A stretch of 20,331 nucleotides of DNA, taken from Candidatus Bipolaricaulia bacterium (GTDB lineage: Bacteria > Bipolaricaulota > Bipolaricaulia > RBG-16-55-9). Position 1 is the first letter of the stretch. Each line of letters begins with the position of its first letter. Location of the stretch: assembly GCA_042219045.1 (NCBI GenBank), contig JBDGQO010000003.1, positions 178,601 to 198,931 on the forward strand. The letters run 5' to 3'. The position numbers were made by a program, and so were the translations under genes. The notes under the pieces were generated by a model that worked only from the letters and a program-made list of their open reading frames with translations, was not told the origin of the DNA and did no database searches. This document shows, one piece after another, positions 9,301 to 16,124 of this stretch.

Positions 9301-9760
9301 GGGCGCAACGGCCGATCTGAACGCGTTGTCCCTCAACAAGATCACGTGGCAAGGCCGGCTGAAGGGCGACGGGTGGAGCGCCAATCTGGACGGCGGCTAC
9401 AACCTGGCGTCGCGACGGTTCGACGATCTGATTGCGAAGGTGGACCTTGGGCCGCGGTGGCGTGCTGGGCTCCGGTTCGACCCGAACACGCTCTCGCTGG
9501 AGCGGGTCAACGCGCGGTCGTCGTGGGAGCTCGGCGATTGGGAGCTCCAGGCGGGCAGCGAGTACGATCTGACCAGGGGGCGGTTGTCCGCGTTGCAGTT
9601 CGGGATCGTGCGCAAGTTCTGCAAGGACTGTTGGCAAGTGGGCCTGTATGGCAATCGCCAGCGGCTGTGGGTGGAGGCCCAGATCAACGCGTTCCCCACG
9701 GCTCGGATCTCGTACTCGCCGACGGACCAGTCCCTGGCGTTCGGCGAGGACGAGCGTTGA
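6317..9760 (+). CDS. LptF/LptG-family permease fused to an LptD/OstA-like outer-membrane translocon, 1147 aa
   Basis: aa 1-~365: LVDRYLLRE start, three TM helices, LGRLGHDRELIALQSGGISLRRL, periplasmic jellyroll, YHAKIAIPAACLVFALFGAPL, three more TM helices, AWIPNVVF. After ~aa 402: OstA-like beta-jellyroll repeats, then LptD hallmarks GNFTTC, GVPIFWAP, PEVGRSTGRG, a long amphipathic beta-strand region and a C-terminal CKDCW. Confidence 0.88.
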   Translation: MLRLVDRYLLREMLWPFLVTLVGFLIFFMLLVIGQLSQYLVDRVVPAETLISLMLYRVPYLFTLALPIAVLFAIFLALGRLGHDRELIALQSGGISLRRLLLPFLMVGLVVGGADFVIGNEVAPWGNRQFLQAYTEMFLGSSSSPQIRDNAFFKGPNDRFFYVKRHDAESDVLHDVLIYDQSGQLALTQDNTYPKVVTADRAQWDGTVWRLQSGVLHAIDEEGRIRYTSRFESMEIRVGEAARQLVLEQRTPQEMSLGQLGERISAFRKTGRSAEALIVQYHAKIAIPAACLVFALFGAPLALLLGPRGRAFGVILGVGFVLVYQGLYFWTAQILGTRGDLPPSWGAWIPNVVFGLIGLAMTWRANHFGRLDVLQRARRFVPFMFVAIVLGSGISVAPVQAQPSSQTSPLEIAAETISVSDAGRQLEAVGNVRARYETGRIEARHLSVDRGQSASWQIRAQSASFAIDELQGRAMRINAVFRRDEGALSPQRLRLAQSASIQFTDGRLSARTLTLKHTDGPNWSLDAAGDVRLEQSKRNQVAEAETLVVQLVSDRDTGEWRLKSARSDRFSGASNFTNDRGKTHRLRFAGRNATMTFDDANNVELIDGKGGNFTTCLCSEDIEDASYSVRAGRMLIRPDEVLVAFNVTARAFGVPIFWAPVYLSPLGDVQKEYPFLPEVGRSTGRGWFAKWRIPFYLDEQTFGHVLIDYYTRHGELGTGIDLQYQLLPGSEGGSLRFYRLTGRGDAISLDWSDRLILPNDSKLALSAGLRTGRLAQKAAKLDTGAKLSGDDSGWNWSVAFKRNQNLVGPNPDPEDLEKLGYRVLERLPELTISSQAVELDAVPLSLSSSISWGRYQEVDFDGTTNNSSRFDGRLNAELSTISVLPGLDLQSSSGYRLTLYEATRRDVWHIDSRLDAEPTTNTTISFRHLYRTLRGQSPFEFDRVNVSHKLTLDANWHATDAVRLQLNTGYDAQAQNFDPLELTANARWGIAQATLGATADLNALSLNKITWQGRLKGDGWSANLDGGYNLASRRFDDLIAKVDLGPRWRAGLRFDPNTLSLERVNARSSWELGDWELQAGSEYDLTRGRLSALQFGIVRKFCKDCWQVGLYGNRQRLWVEAQINAFPTARISYSPTDQSLAFGEDER

Positions 9761-9786
9761 TGGGCCCTCCGCGGGCGAGCTACCAT
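9757..9786 (+). promoter_or_regulatory. sigma70-like promoter TTGATG-N18-TACCAT
   Basis: -35 at 9757-9762 (overlaps the upstream stop codon), -10 at 9781-9786, followed by SD AAGGAGG (9824-9830) and ATG 9838. Confidence 0.45.
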
Positions 9787-9837
9787 GCGCGCTGCAAGAA
9801 CGGACCCGACAACGCCCAAACCGAAGGAGGATTTGCC

Positions 9838-10131
9838 ATGGCGCGCAAGATCGGCGGTTACCTGCGACCGGCCGCCGCGGCTCAGTACCTCGGCATTCCC
9901 GTCCAGGAAGTCGAGCAGATGATCGAAAGCGAGGAGCTGCCGCGGATGAAGATCAACGGCGAGTGGCGCGTGCCCGTGGATCAGCTGGAGGCGTGGCTCG
10001 ACGAGGAGGTCTCCGAGGCCGAGCTGAAGACCCTCGCCCAGCACATCGAGGACGTGGACGAGAGCGACGTGGAAGAGATCGTGCAGGAAGAGTGTCAGGA
10101 CGAGGCCTCGTCCTCCAAGGGCAACGACTGA
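9838..10131 (+). CDS. excisionase-type (HTH_17-like) helix-turn-helix protein with acidic C-terminal tail, 97 aa
   Basis: Strong [16 protein letters not shown]...[25 protein letters not shown] matches the excisionase/HTH_17 pattern. The true start lies inside the longer track ORF 9346..10131. Confidence 0.8.
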   Translation: MARKIGGYLRPAAAAQYLGIPVQEVEQMIESEELPRMKINGEWRVPVDQLEAWLDEEVSEAELKTLAQHIEDVDESDVEEIVQEECQDEASSSKGND

Positions 10132-11132
10132 AGACGAGCAGGGGCCGCCCGTCCGAGGTGCCGGTACGCGTGCTCGGTGGCGACGCGCCCCTGCGGCTTC
10201 CGTTGCAGGAAGCCCTTTTTCAGCAGGAACGGCTCGTAGACCTCCGAGACGGTGTCGGTCTCCTCGCTGAGCGCGGCGGCCAGGGTGTCCAATCCGACCG
10301 GCCCGCCGGCGAACTTGTCGATGATCGTGCTCAGGATGAGGCGATCCAGCTCATCCAGCCCGACGTCGTCGACGCCGAGCATCTCCAGTGCCCGATGGGC
10401 GATCGCGGCGTCGATGCGCCCGCCGCTTTCCACGTCGGCGTAGTCGCGCACCCGCTTGAGCAGGCGATGCGCGACGCGCGGCGTGCCGCGGGCCCGCTGG
10501 GCGATCGCCTGAGCGCCGTCGTCGGTGATGTCGACGTCCAGAATGGCCGCGCCGCGGCGGGCGATCTCGCCCAGTTCCAACTCGTCGTAGAAGTCGAGCC
10601 GCAGCACCACCTCGAACCGATCCCGCAGCGGCGAGGTTAACAGGCCCGTCCGGGTCGTGGCGCCGATGAGCGTGAACGGCGGCACGTCCAGGCGCAGCGA
10701 CTGCGCGCTCGGCCCCTCGCCGATGACGATGTCGATCTTGAAATCCTCCATGGCCGGATAGAGGATCTCCTCAACGGCCCGGCGCATGCGGTGGATTTCG
10801 TCGATGAACAGCACGTCGCCCGCCTGGAGCCCCGTGATGATCGCGGCCAGGTCCCCGGGCCGTTCGATGACGGGGCCTGAGGTCTGCTTGATGCCGACGC
10901 CGAGTTCCTCCGCGACGATCTGCGCCAGGGACGTCTTGCCCAGGCCCGGCGGCCCGTGGAGCAGAATGTGGTCCAGAACCTCGTCCCGGCGATCGGCGGC
11001 GCGGATCGCCAGCTTCAGTTGATCCTTGAGCGACGCCTGGCCGACGAACTCGTCCAGCGAGTGGGGGCGCAACGTCCGGACGGCGCGGTCTTCGTCGCGT
11101 TCCTCGCCGCGCGTAATGGGATCCCGAACCAT
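10095..11132 (-). CDS. ruvB: Holliday junction branch-migration ATPase RuvB
   Basis: [12 protein letters not shown], Walker [63 protein letters not shown]. Confidence 0.98.
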   Translation of the reverse strand: MVRDPITRGEERDEDRAVRTLRPHSLDEFVGQASLKDQLKLAIRAADRRDEVLDHILLHGPPGLGKTSLAQIVAEELGVGIKQTSGPVIERPGDLAAIITGLQAGDVLFIDEIHRMRRAVEEILYPAMEDFKIDIVIGEGPSAQSLRLDVPPFTLIGATTRTGLLTSPLRDRFEVVLRLDFYDELELGEIARRGAAILDVDITDDGAQAIAQRARGTPRVAHRLLKRVRDYADVESGGRIDAAIAHRALEMLGVDDVGLDELDRLILSTIIDKFAGGPVGLDTLAAALSEETDTVSEVYEPFLLKKGFLQRKPQGRVATEHAYRHLGRAAPARLQSLPLEDEASS

Positions 11133-11138
11133 GAACGC

Positions 11139-11168
11139 ATTCTAGCGGAGAGCGCGCCAGACCCTCAA
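11139..11168 (-). promoter_or_regulatory. sigma70-like promoter TTGAGG-N18-TAGAAT for leaderless ruvB
   Basis: Minus-strand -35 at 11168-11163 and -10 at 11144-11139. ATG follows 6 nt after the -10, with no SD. Confidence 0.6.
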
Positions 11169-11287
11169 CAGAGGGGAGTATCCCGACCGTCGTCGGTCGC
11201 CTAGCTGAACGTGGGCCTCGCCATGGAGAGACACGGGCGCTAACCCGGTCGCACTCGCCGGCGCGGTGGGGTACACTGGCCCGAACC

Positions 11288-12259
11288 ATGCTGGATGACA
11301 TCGCGCAAGTGTTCAAGGAATACGACCGATTCGGCATCGTCGCTCACCTCGGCCCCGAGGCCGATGCCATTGGGGCGTTGCTGGGTGTGCACCACATCCT
11401 GCAGCAACTGGGAAAGACGACCTTTCCCGTGCTCCGCGACGACGTCCCCAGCGAGCTCCACTTTCTCCCCGACGCCACGCTGATCGCCGGAACCGAGACC
11501 GCCCCCCACGACGAGATCGACGCCTGGATCGTGGTCGACTGCGGGCAACTGAACCGGGTCGGGCACGACCTGGAGGACGCGATCCGGGAGCATCCGCTCG
11601 TGGTCAACGTCGATCATCACGCCGACAACCCCTGCTTCGGCGACGTCAACTGGATCGAGGCCCGGGCGTCGACGACGATGCTCGTCTACGAGTTGGCCCA
11701 GCATCTCGGCGTTGACATCACCGCGGACTTGGCGACGTGTCTGTACAGCGGCATCATCGCCGACACCGACTCGTTCCGCAATGACAACGTCACCTCGGAT
11801 GTGCTCCGGACCGCCTCGGAGCTGGTTGTACACGGGGCTCGAGTGCGCGAGGTGAACATCAACCTCTACGAACGACGCACCCCTGCTGCCATGCGAATTC
11901 TGGGCTACACGCTTGCCCACGCGCGGATCGACGTCGAGCATCGCCTCATCTGGTATGCGCTGTCTCAAGACGAGTTCCGCACCACCGGCGCTTCAGTCAA
12001 CGACACCGAGCGCGTCGTCGAGGAGCTGCGGGCCACGGACGGCGTGGACGTCGCGGTCCTGTTGAAGGAAATGGAGAACGGTCGCGTCAAGGTCAGCCTG
12101 CGCTCCAAAAACGGCGTCGACGTCAGTCAGGTCGCCCGCGAGTTCGACGGGGGCGGCCACCCCAAGGCGGCAGGGTGCCTCATCGACAGCGGCCTCGAGG
12201 AGGCCGAGGCCCAACTGCTGGGCGCGGTCCGGCACGCGCTCGACCAACATGGCGGCTGA
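11288..12259 (+). CDS. nrnA: DHH/DHHA1 phosphoesterase (NrnA-like oligoribonuclease/pAp phosphatase)
   Basis: HLGPEADAIG, VVDC, VNVDHH, LYSGIIADTDSF, KVSLRSK, GGGHPKAAG. TACACT -10-like box at 11272-11277 and no SD. Confidence 0.85.
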   Translation: MLDDIAQVFKEYDRFGIVAHLGPEADAIGALLGVHHILQQLGKTTFPVLRDDVPSELHFLPDATLIAGTETAPHDEIDAWIVVDCGQLNRVGHDLEDAIREHPLVVNVDHHADNPCFGDVNWIEARASTTMLVYELAQHLGVDITADLATCLYSGIIADTDSFRNDNVTSDVLRTASELVVHGARVREVNINLYERRTPAAMRILGYTLAHARIDVEHRLIWYALSQDEFRTTGASVNDTERVVEELRATDGVDVAVLLKEMENGRVKVSLRSKNGVDVSQVAREFDGGGHPKAAGCLIDSGLEEAEAQLLGAVRHALDQHGG

Positions 12260-13160
12260 GATGGCATCCGAAGGCTCCGTCCCGCCGACAGCCGTCAGCA
12301 TCGGCACGTTCGACGGCGTCCATCTCGGGCACCAGACGCTCTTGAACCGCACTCACGAACACGCGCAATCCCGCGGCCTCACCAGCGTCGCCCTGACGTT
12401 TCGGCGTCCCCCGCAGAACGAGTTGGGGCATCCGAAGCCGCTGCTGCTGCCGCCAAAGGAAAAACTGGCCGTGCTGGGTGAGTTCGTCGATCGGGTCGGC
12501 GTGTTGGACTTCCAACGGATCCGGCACCTTGAGCCGGAGGCGTTCGTCGATCAGATTCTTCACGAAACCTACCGCGCTCGCGTTATCGTGACCGGATCCG
12601 ACTTCCGGTTCGGGCGCGATCGGCAAGGGGACGTCGATGCCCTCCGCTCGCTCGGCGACGCCTACGGCATGACCGTGGAGGTCGTCGAGCCCGTCGATGC
12701 CGGCGGTCGCTCCATCAGCAGCACGGCCATTCGTCAATTGTTGCAGGAGGGACGCATTCGAGATGCCGCGGCCCTGCTCGGCCGAAGCCCTCGGCTTGTT
12801 GGTGAGGTCGTCACCGGCGCCGGCGAGGGGGCCAAACTCGGCTTCCCCACGGCGAACTTGCACATCGACCCGGAAGTGCTCATCCCCGCCGACGGCATCT
12901 ACGCCGCGTGGGCCAACCTCAATGGCGAACGCCAACCCAGCGCGCTCTACATCGGCCGTCGGCCGACCTACAACGCCCAGGAGCGCTCCGTGGAGGCCCA
13001 CCTGCTGACGCCGCCCGCGCGATCGCTACGGCAATGCGTCCTCAAGGTCGACGTGGTCGAGCGCGTCCGTCCGGACGAGCGCTTCGCCTCCCTCGAGGCG
13101 CTTAAGGCACAGATGGCCACCGACGTCGCGGAGATCCGCGATATCCTCGCCGCCGACTAA
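12249..13160 (+). CDS. ribF: bifunctional FAD synthetase / riboflavin kinase
   Basis: IGTFDGVHLGHQ, GSDFRFG, ISSTAIR, LGFPTAN, IGRRPT, VEAHLL, RPDERF. Start is 12249 or 12261. Confidence 0.96.
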   Translation: MAAEMASEGSVPPTAVSIGTFDGVHLGHQTLLNRTHEHAQSRGLTSVALTFRRPPQNELGHPKPLLLPPKEKLAVLGEFVDRVGVLDFQRIRHLEPEAFVDQILHETYRARVIVTGSDFRFGRDRQGDVDALRSLGDAYGMTVEVVEPVDAGGRSISSTAIRQLLQEGRIRDAAALLGRSPRLVGEVVTGAGEGAKLGFPTANLHIDPEVLIPADGIYAAWANLNGERQPSALYIGRRPTYNAQERSVEAHLLTPPARSLRQCVLKVDVVERVRPDERFASLEALKAQMATDVAEIRDILAAD

Positions 13161-13201
13161 GCGTCGATTGCTCGGGATCGATTCGAGGGATTGCCAGATT
13201 G

Positions 13202-13438
13202 TCAGTTCAGCCCAAGCGCCCGATTGAGCCGACGCTTGTCGAAGCCGACGATCATCGTGCCGTCGACCTCAATAACGGGGACACCCGTCTGACCCGTCTT
13301 GTCGATCAGGCGTTGCGCGCTCTGAAGGTCTCGGGAGATGTCCACCTCGCGGTAGTCGACGCCGTGCTCGCTCAAGTATCGCTTGGCTGAATGGCAATGC
13401 GTGCAGCTGGGAGAGGTGTAAATTGTGACCTGGGCCAT
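13202..13438 (-). CDS. glutaredoxin-like protein (YruB/NrdH-redoxin type), 78 aa
   Basis: VTIYTSPSCTHC (CxxC), TGQTGVPVIEVDG..IVGFD; SD AAGGAGTGA upstream. Confidence 0.9.
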   Translation of the reverse strand: MAQVTIYTSPSCTHCHSAKRYLSEHGVDYREVDISRDLQSAQRLIDKTGQTGVPVIEVDGTMIVGFDKRRLNRALGLN

Positions 13439-13476
13439 GTTTGCTTCATCACTCCTTGATCGTCAATGGAGGAGTG

Positions 13477-13506
13477 AGCTTAGCAATCCGTCTGGCGAAG
13501 CGTCAA
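13477..13506 (-). promoter_or_regulatory. sigma70-like promoter TTGACG-N18-TAAGCT with extended -10 (TGn)
   Basis: Minus-strand -35 at 13506-13501, TG at 13485-13484, -10 at 13482-13477; upstream of the glutaredoxin gene. Confidence 0.55.
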
Positions 13507-13522
13507 GCGGAGTGCGCAACGG

Positions 13523-13551
13523 TTGCAGCACAAGGGGATTTCGCCTAAAAT
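13523..13551 (+). promoter_or_regulatory. sigma70-like promoter TTGCAG-N17-TAAAAT for tsaB-etfB-etfA-rpmB
   Basis: -35 at 13523-13528 and -10 at 13546-13551 in the AT-richer divergent intergenic region. Confidence 0.55.
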
Positions 13552-13631
13552 TTGATGGCATTGTGGACAACGGCTATCCGGATTGGCGATCGGCCAGTCC
13601 GGCTATCCATTTCGTCGTGGAAATGCGCATC

Positions 13632-14348
13632 ATGCGAACGTTGGGACTGGAAACAGCGAGCGATATGGGTAGCGCGGGCATCGTCAATGGCGACGGATCG
13701 GAGGTGCTGAGCGAGATCGCGTTCACGGCACGGGCCGATCATGGCGCCAAGTTGACCCCAAGCGTGAATGCTGCGCTGGATCTGGCGAATCTGGCACAAA
13801 CGGACATCGAGCTGATCGCCATCTCGCGTGGCCCGGGATCGTTTACGGGGCTGCGCATCGGCCTGGCGTTCGCCAAGGGATTGGCCCGCGCGCTGGACGT
13901 CCCGTTGGTGGGCGTGCCGACGTCGGAGACGTACGCCCATCGCGCGCAATTCTGGCCGGGACCCGTCTGGGTGCTCATCCCCGACCGGCGTGACTCGGTC
14001 TATTGCGCCGGGTATGATCAGGGACAGCCCGTCCAGTCGCCGACGGTCTGCCAGGTGGCGGACGTGCCCGCTGGGCGCGCCTCCGCTAACGATTCGCGGC
14101 CCACGCTGCTCATGGGCCCGGGTGCGGACGTCCATCGCGACGCGCTTCAGCGCACGCTGCCGAACGCCGAAGTCGCCGGTGCCACACTAGCACGGCCCAG
14201 CGGCACGACGGTCGCCCGGTTGGGGCACAAACGCTACGCTCACGATCGGACGGATGAGCTTTATCCGCTGGAGCCGCTCTACGCCCAAGGGCCGCCCGTG
14301 ACGACGGACCGTCGTTCAAACCGGGCGGCGGCCCAAGACCACGACTGA
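13632..14348 (+). CDS. tsaB: tRNA t6A biosynthesis protein TsaB (YeaZ), 238 aa
   Basis: MRTLGLETAS start, ADHGAKL, IAISRGPGSFTGLRIGLAFAKGLA, LVGVPT, LEPLY. Start taken at ATG 13632 (alternative 13623) rather than the track start 13425. Confidence 0.93.
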   Translation: MRTLGLETASDMGSAGIVNGDGSEVLSEIAFTARADHGAKLTPSVNAALDLANLAQTDIELIAISRGPGSFTGLRIGLAFAKGLARALDVPLVGVPTSETYAHRAQFWPGPVWVLIPDRRDSVYCAGYDQGQPVQSPTVCQVADVPAGRASANDSRPTLLMGPGADVHRDALQRTLPNAEVAGATLARPSGTTVARLGHKRYAHDRTDELYPLEPLYAQGPPVTTDRRSNRAAAQDHD

Positions 14349-14373
14349 ACGCTTACACCAGGGAGGGCGCCGA

Positions 14374-15147
14374 ATGAACGTGCTCGTCTGCGTCAAGCGC
14401 GTGCCCGATACCGGCGCGCGCTTCGAACTGACCGACGACGAACGGGACATCGACACGCGCAATCTGGAGTTTACCGTCAGCCCGCACGAGGAGTGCGCCG
14501 TCGAGGAGGCGATCCGCATCGCCGAGGCCCATGACGGCGAATCGACGGCGCTGACCCTCGGCCCCGAGGACGCCAGTGAGCAACTGCGCGAGTCACTCGC
14601 CAAGGGCGTCGATCGCGCCGTGCTTCTCGAGACCGATGACCCGGACGCCTGGGATCCCGCGGGCACGGCCCAAGCCATCAGCGAGGCCATTCAGGCCCAG
14701 ATCGAGGCGAACGGGCCGTTTGACGCGGTGCTGTTCGGCAACGAGGCTGCCGACACGGGCGACTTCCAGGTCGGGATCCGCGTGGCCGAGGCACTGGGGC
14801 TCCCGTGCGTGGCCGGTGTGAAACAACTGGAACTGACCGACGGGTCGGCGCGAGCCCTGCGCGAGACCAGCGGCGGCTGGGACGCCTTCGACGTGGGGCT
14901 GCCGGCTGTCTTCACCGTGCGCGAAGGGATCAACGTGCCACGGCACCCGTCGCTGCGCGGGATCATGACGGCGAAAAAGAAGGAGATCGAGCGGGTCCAG
15001 CCCGAGGGACCGTCGCCGGGGCTGCGACTCAAGCGGCTCCGCAAGCCCGAGGAGCGCAGCGGCTCCGTCGAGGTTCTCGGTGAGGGGGCCGAGGCCGCGC
15101 CCCGCGTGGCCGAGATCCTGAATGAACTGGGGGTGACCTCCGGATGA
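14374..15147 (+). CDS. etfB: electron transfer flavoprotein beta subunit
   Basis: VLVCVKRVPD, CAVEEAIRI, LAKGVDRAVLL, LFGNEAADTGDFQVG, INVPRHPSLRGIMTAKKKEI; SD GGGAGGG. Confidence 0.95.
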   Translation: MNVLVCVKRVPDTGARFELTDDERDIDTRNLEFTVSPHEECAVEEAIRIAEAHDGESTALTLGPEDASEQLRESLAKGVDRAVLLETDDPDAWDPAGTAQAISEAIQAQIEANGPFDAVLFGNEAADTGDFQVGIRVAEALGLPCVAGVKQLELTDGSARALRETSGGWDAFDVGLPAVFTVREGINVPRHPSLRGIMTAKKKEIERVQPEGPSPGLRLKRLRKPEERSGSVEVLGEGAEAAPRVAEILNELGVTSG

Positions 15148-16118
15148 TCCTCGTCTTGGCGGACCACGACGAGGGCGAGCTCGTGGACGCAACCCTGCAG
15201 ACCCTGGCGTTGGCTCGCTCGGCGGCCGACATGCTCGACACGAACGTTGAAGCGGTCGCCGTAGGCGCCGACGCCTCCTCCATCGCCGACGAGCTCGGGC
15301 AACACGGGGCCGGTCGCATCCACGCTGTCCCCGAGGAGACGACCTACGCCCCGGGCGTCTGGGCCGCAAGCGTCGTCCACGTCGCGGGCTCATCCCACGT
15401 CGACGCGATCATGGCGCCGGGGACGGACCGAGGATCGGAGGTTATGGCTCGCGTCGCCGCTCGGCTGCAACGCCCCTTGGCTGCCCAATGTGTCGGGATT
15501 GAGCTCATCGACGACGGCGTCTGGCATGTGACGCGTCAGCGCTGGGGCGGTAGCCTGCTGGAAGAGGCTGAGCTCGACGGCGGGCCGGCCCTGCTGACGG
15601 TCGCGCCGCACGAGCTGGCAACGTCCGAACAGCCCGTCTCGGACGTCCAAGTTGAGGAGTTCCAGCCGGCAATTCCGGAGGACGACCGGGCCGTCCGACT
15701 GACCGAGCACATCGACTCGGAGGCCGAAGGCGTCCCCTTGGCCGATGCCCGAGTCGTGGTTGGCGGCGGTCGCGGCGTCGGCGGCGAAGCGGGGTTCGAG
15801 CAACTGGAGCAATTGGCAGAGCTCGTGGGCGGCGCCGTGGGCGGCTCGCGCGTGGCGACCAACAACGGCTGGCGCGACCACGACGATCAGATCGGCCAGA
15901 CGGGGAACCGAATCGCCCCGGACCTCTACATCGCCTGCGGGATCAGCGGCGCGATCCAGCACATGGTCGGCTGTTCCGGCGCAAAGCGGATTCTGGCGAT
16001 CAACACGGACCGGGATGCCCCGATCGTGGAGCGGGCGGATTATGCCGTCATCGGCGATCTCCACGACGTCATTCCCGCGGTCATTGACGAACTCAAGCAA
16101 GGGAACGGGAAAGGGTGA
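15144..16118 (+). CDS. etfA: electron transfer flavoprotein alpha subunit
   Basis: LADARVVVGGGRG, QIGQTG, PDLYIACGISGAIQHMVG, AINTDRDAPI...ADY. ATGA overlap with etfB. Confidence 0.96.
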   Translation: MILVLADHDEGELVDATLQTLALARSAADMLDTNVEAVAVGADASSIADELGQHGAGRIHAVPEETTYAPGVWAASVVHVAGSSHVDAIMAPGTDRGSEVMARVAARLQRPLAAQCVGIELIDDGVWHVTRQRWGGSLLEEAELDGGPALLTVAPHELATSEQPVSDVQVEEFQPAIPEDDRAVRLTEHIDSEAEGVPLADARVVVGGGRGVGGEAGFEQLEQLAELVGGAVGGSRVATNNGWRDHDDQIGQTGNRIAPDLYIACGISGAIQHMVGCSGAKRILAINTDRDAPIVERADYAVIGDLHDVIPAVIDELKQGNGKG

Positions 16119-16124
16119 ACTGAC

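Noticed and set aside
573..9637. Long antisense ORFs (573-1538, 1554-2462, 3487-4767, 6875-8068, 8675-9637 and others)
   Set aside because: They mirror well-supported plus-strand genes, as expected from high-GC codon bias, and show no recognisable motifs.
9838..10131. Prophage or integrative element suggested by the excisionase-like gene
   Set aside because: No integrase, att repeats, tRNA or phage genes; both flanks are housekeeping genes.
9346..10640. Track ORFs 9346-10131 (full length) and 9648-10640
   Set aside because: Only 9838-10131 is supported; the rest overlaps the lpt fusion or ruvB and has low-complexity Arg/Gly/Ala-rich translation.
13449..13482. CIRCE (HrcA) or FNR box
   Set aside because: CACTC...GAGTG arms are 17 nt apart rather than 9, and TTGA/TCAA lacks the TTGAT-N4-ATCAA layout.
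13425..13622. N-terminal extension of TsaB in the ORF track
   Set aside because: It covers two divergent promoters and the glutaredoxin start; TsaB similarity begins at MRTLGLETAS.
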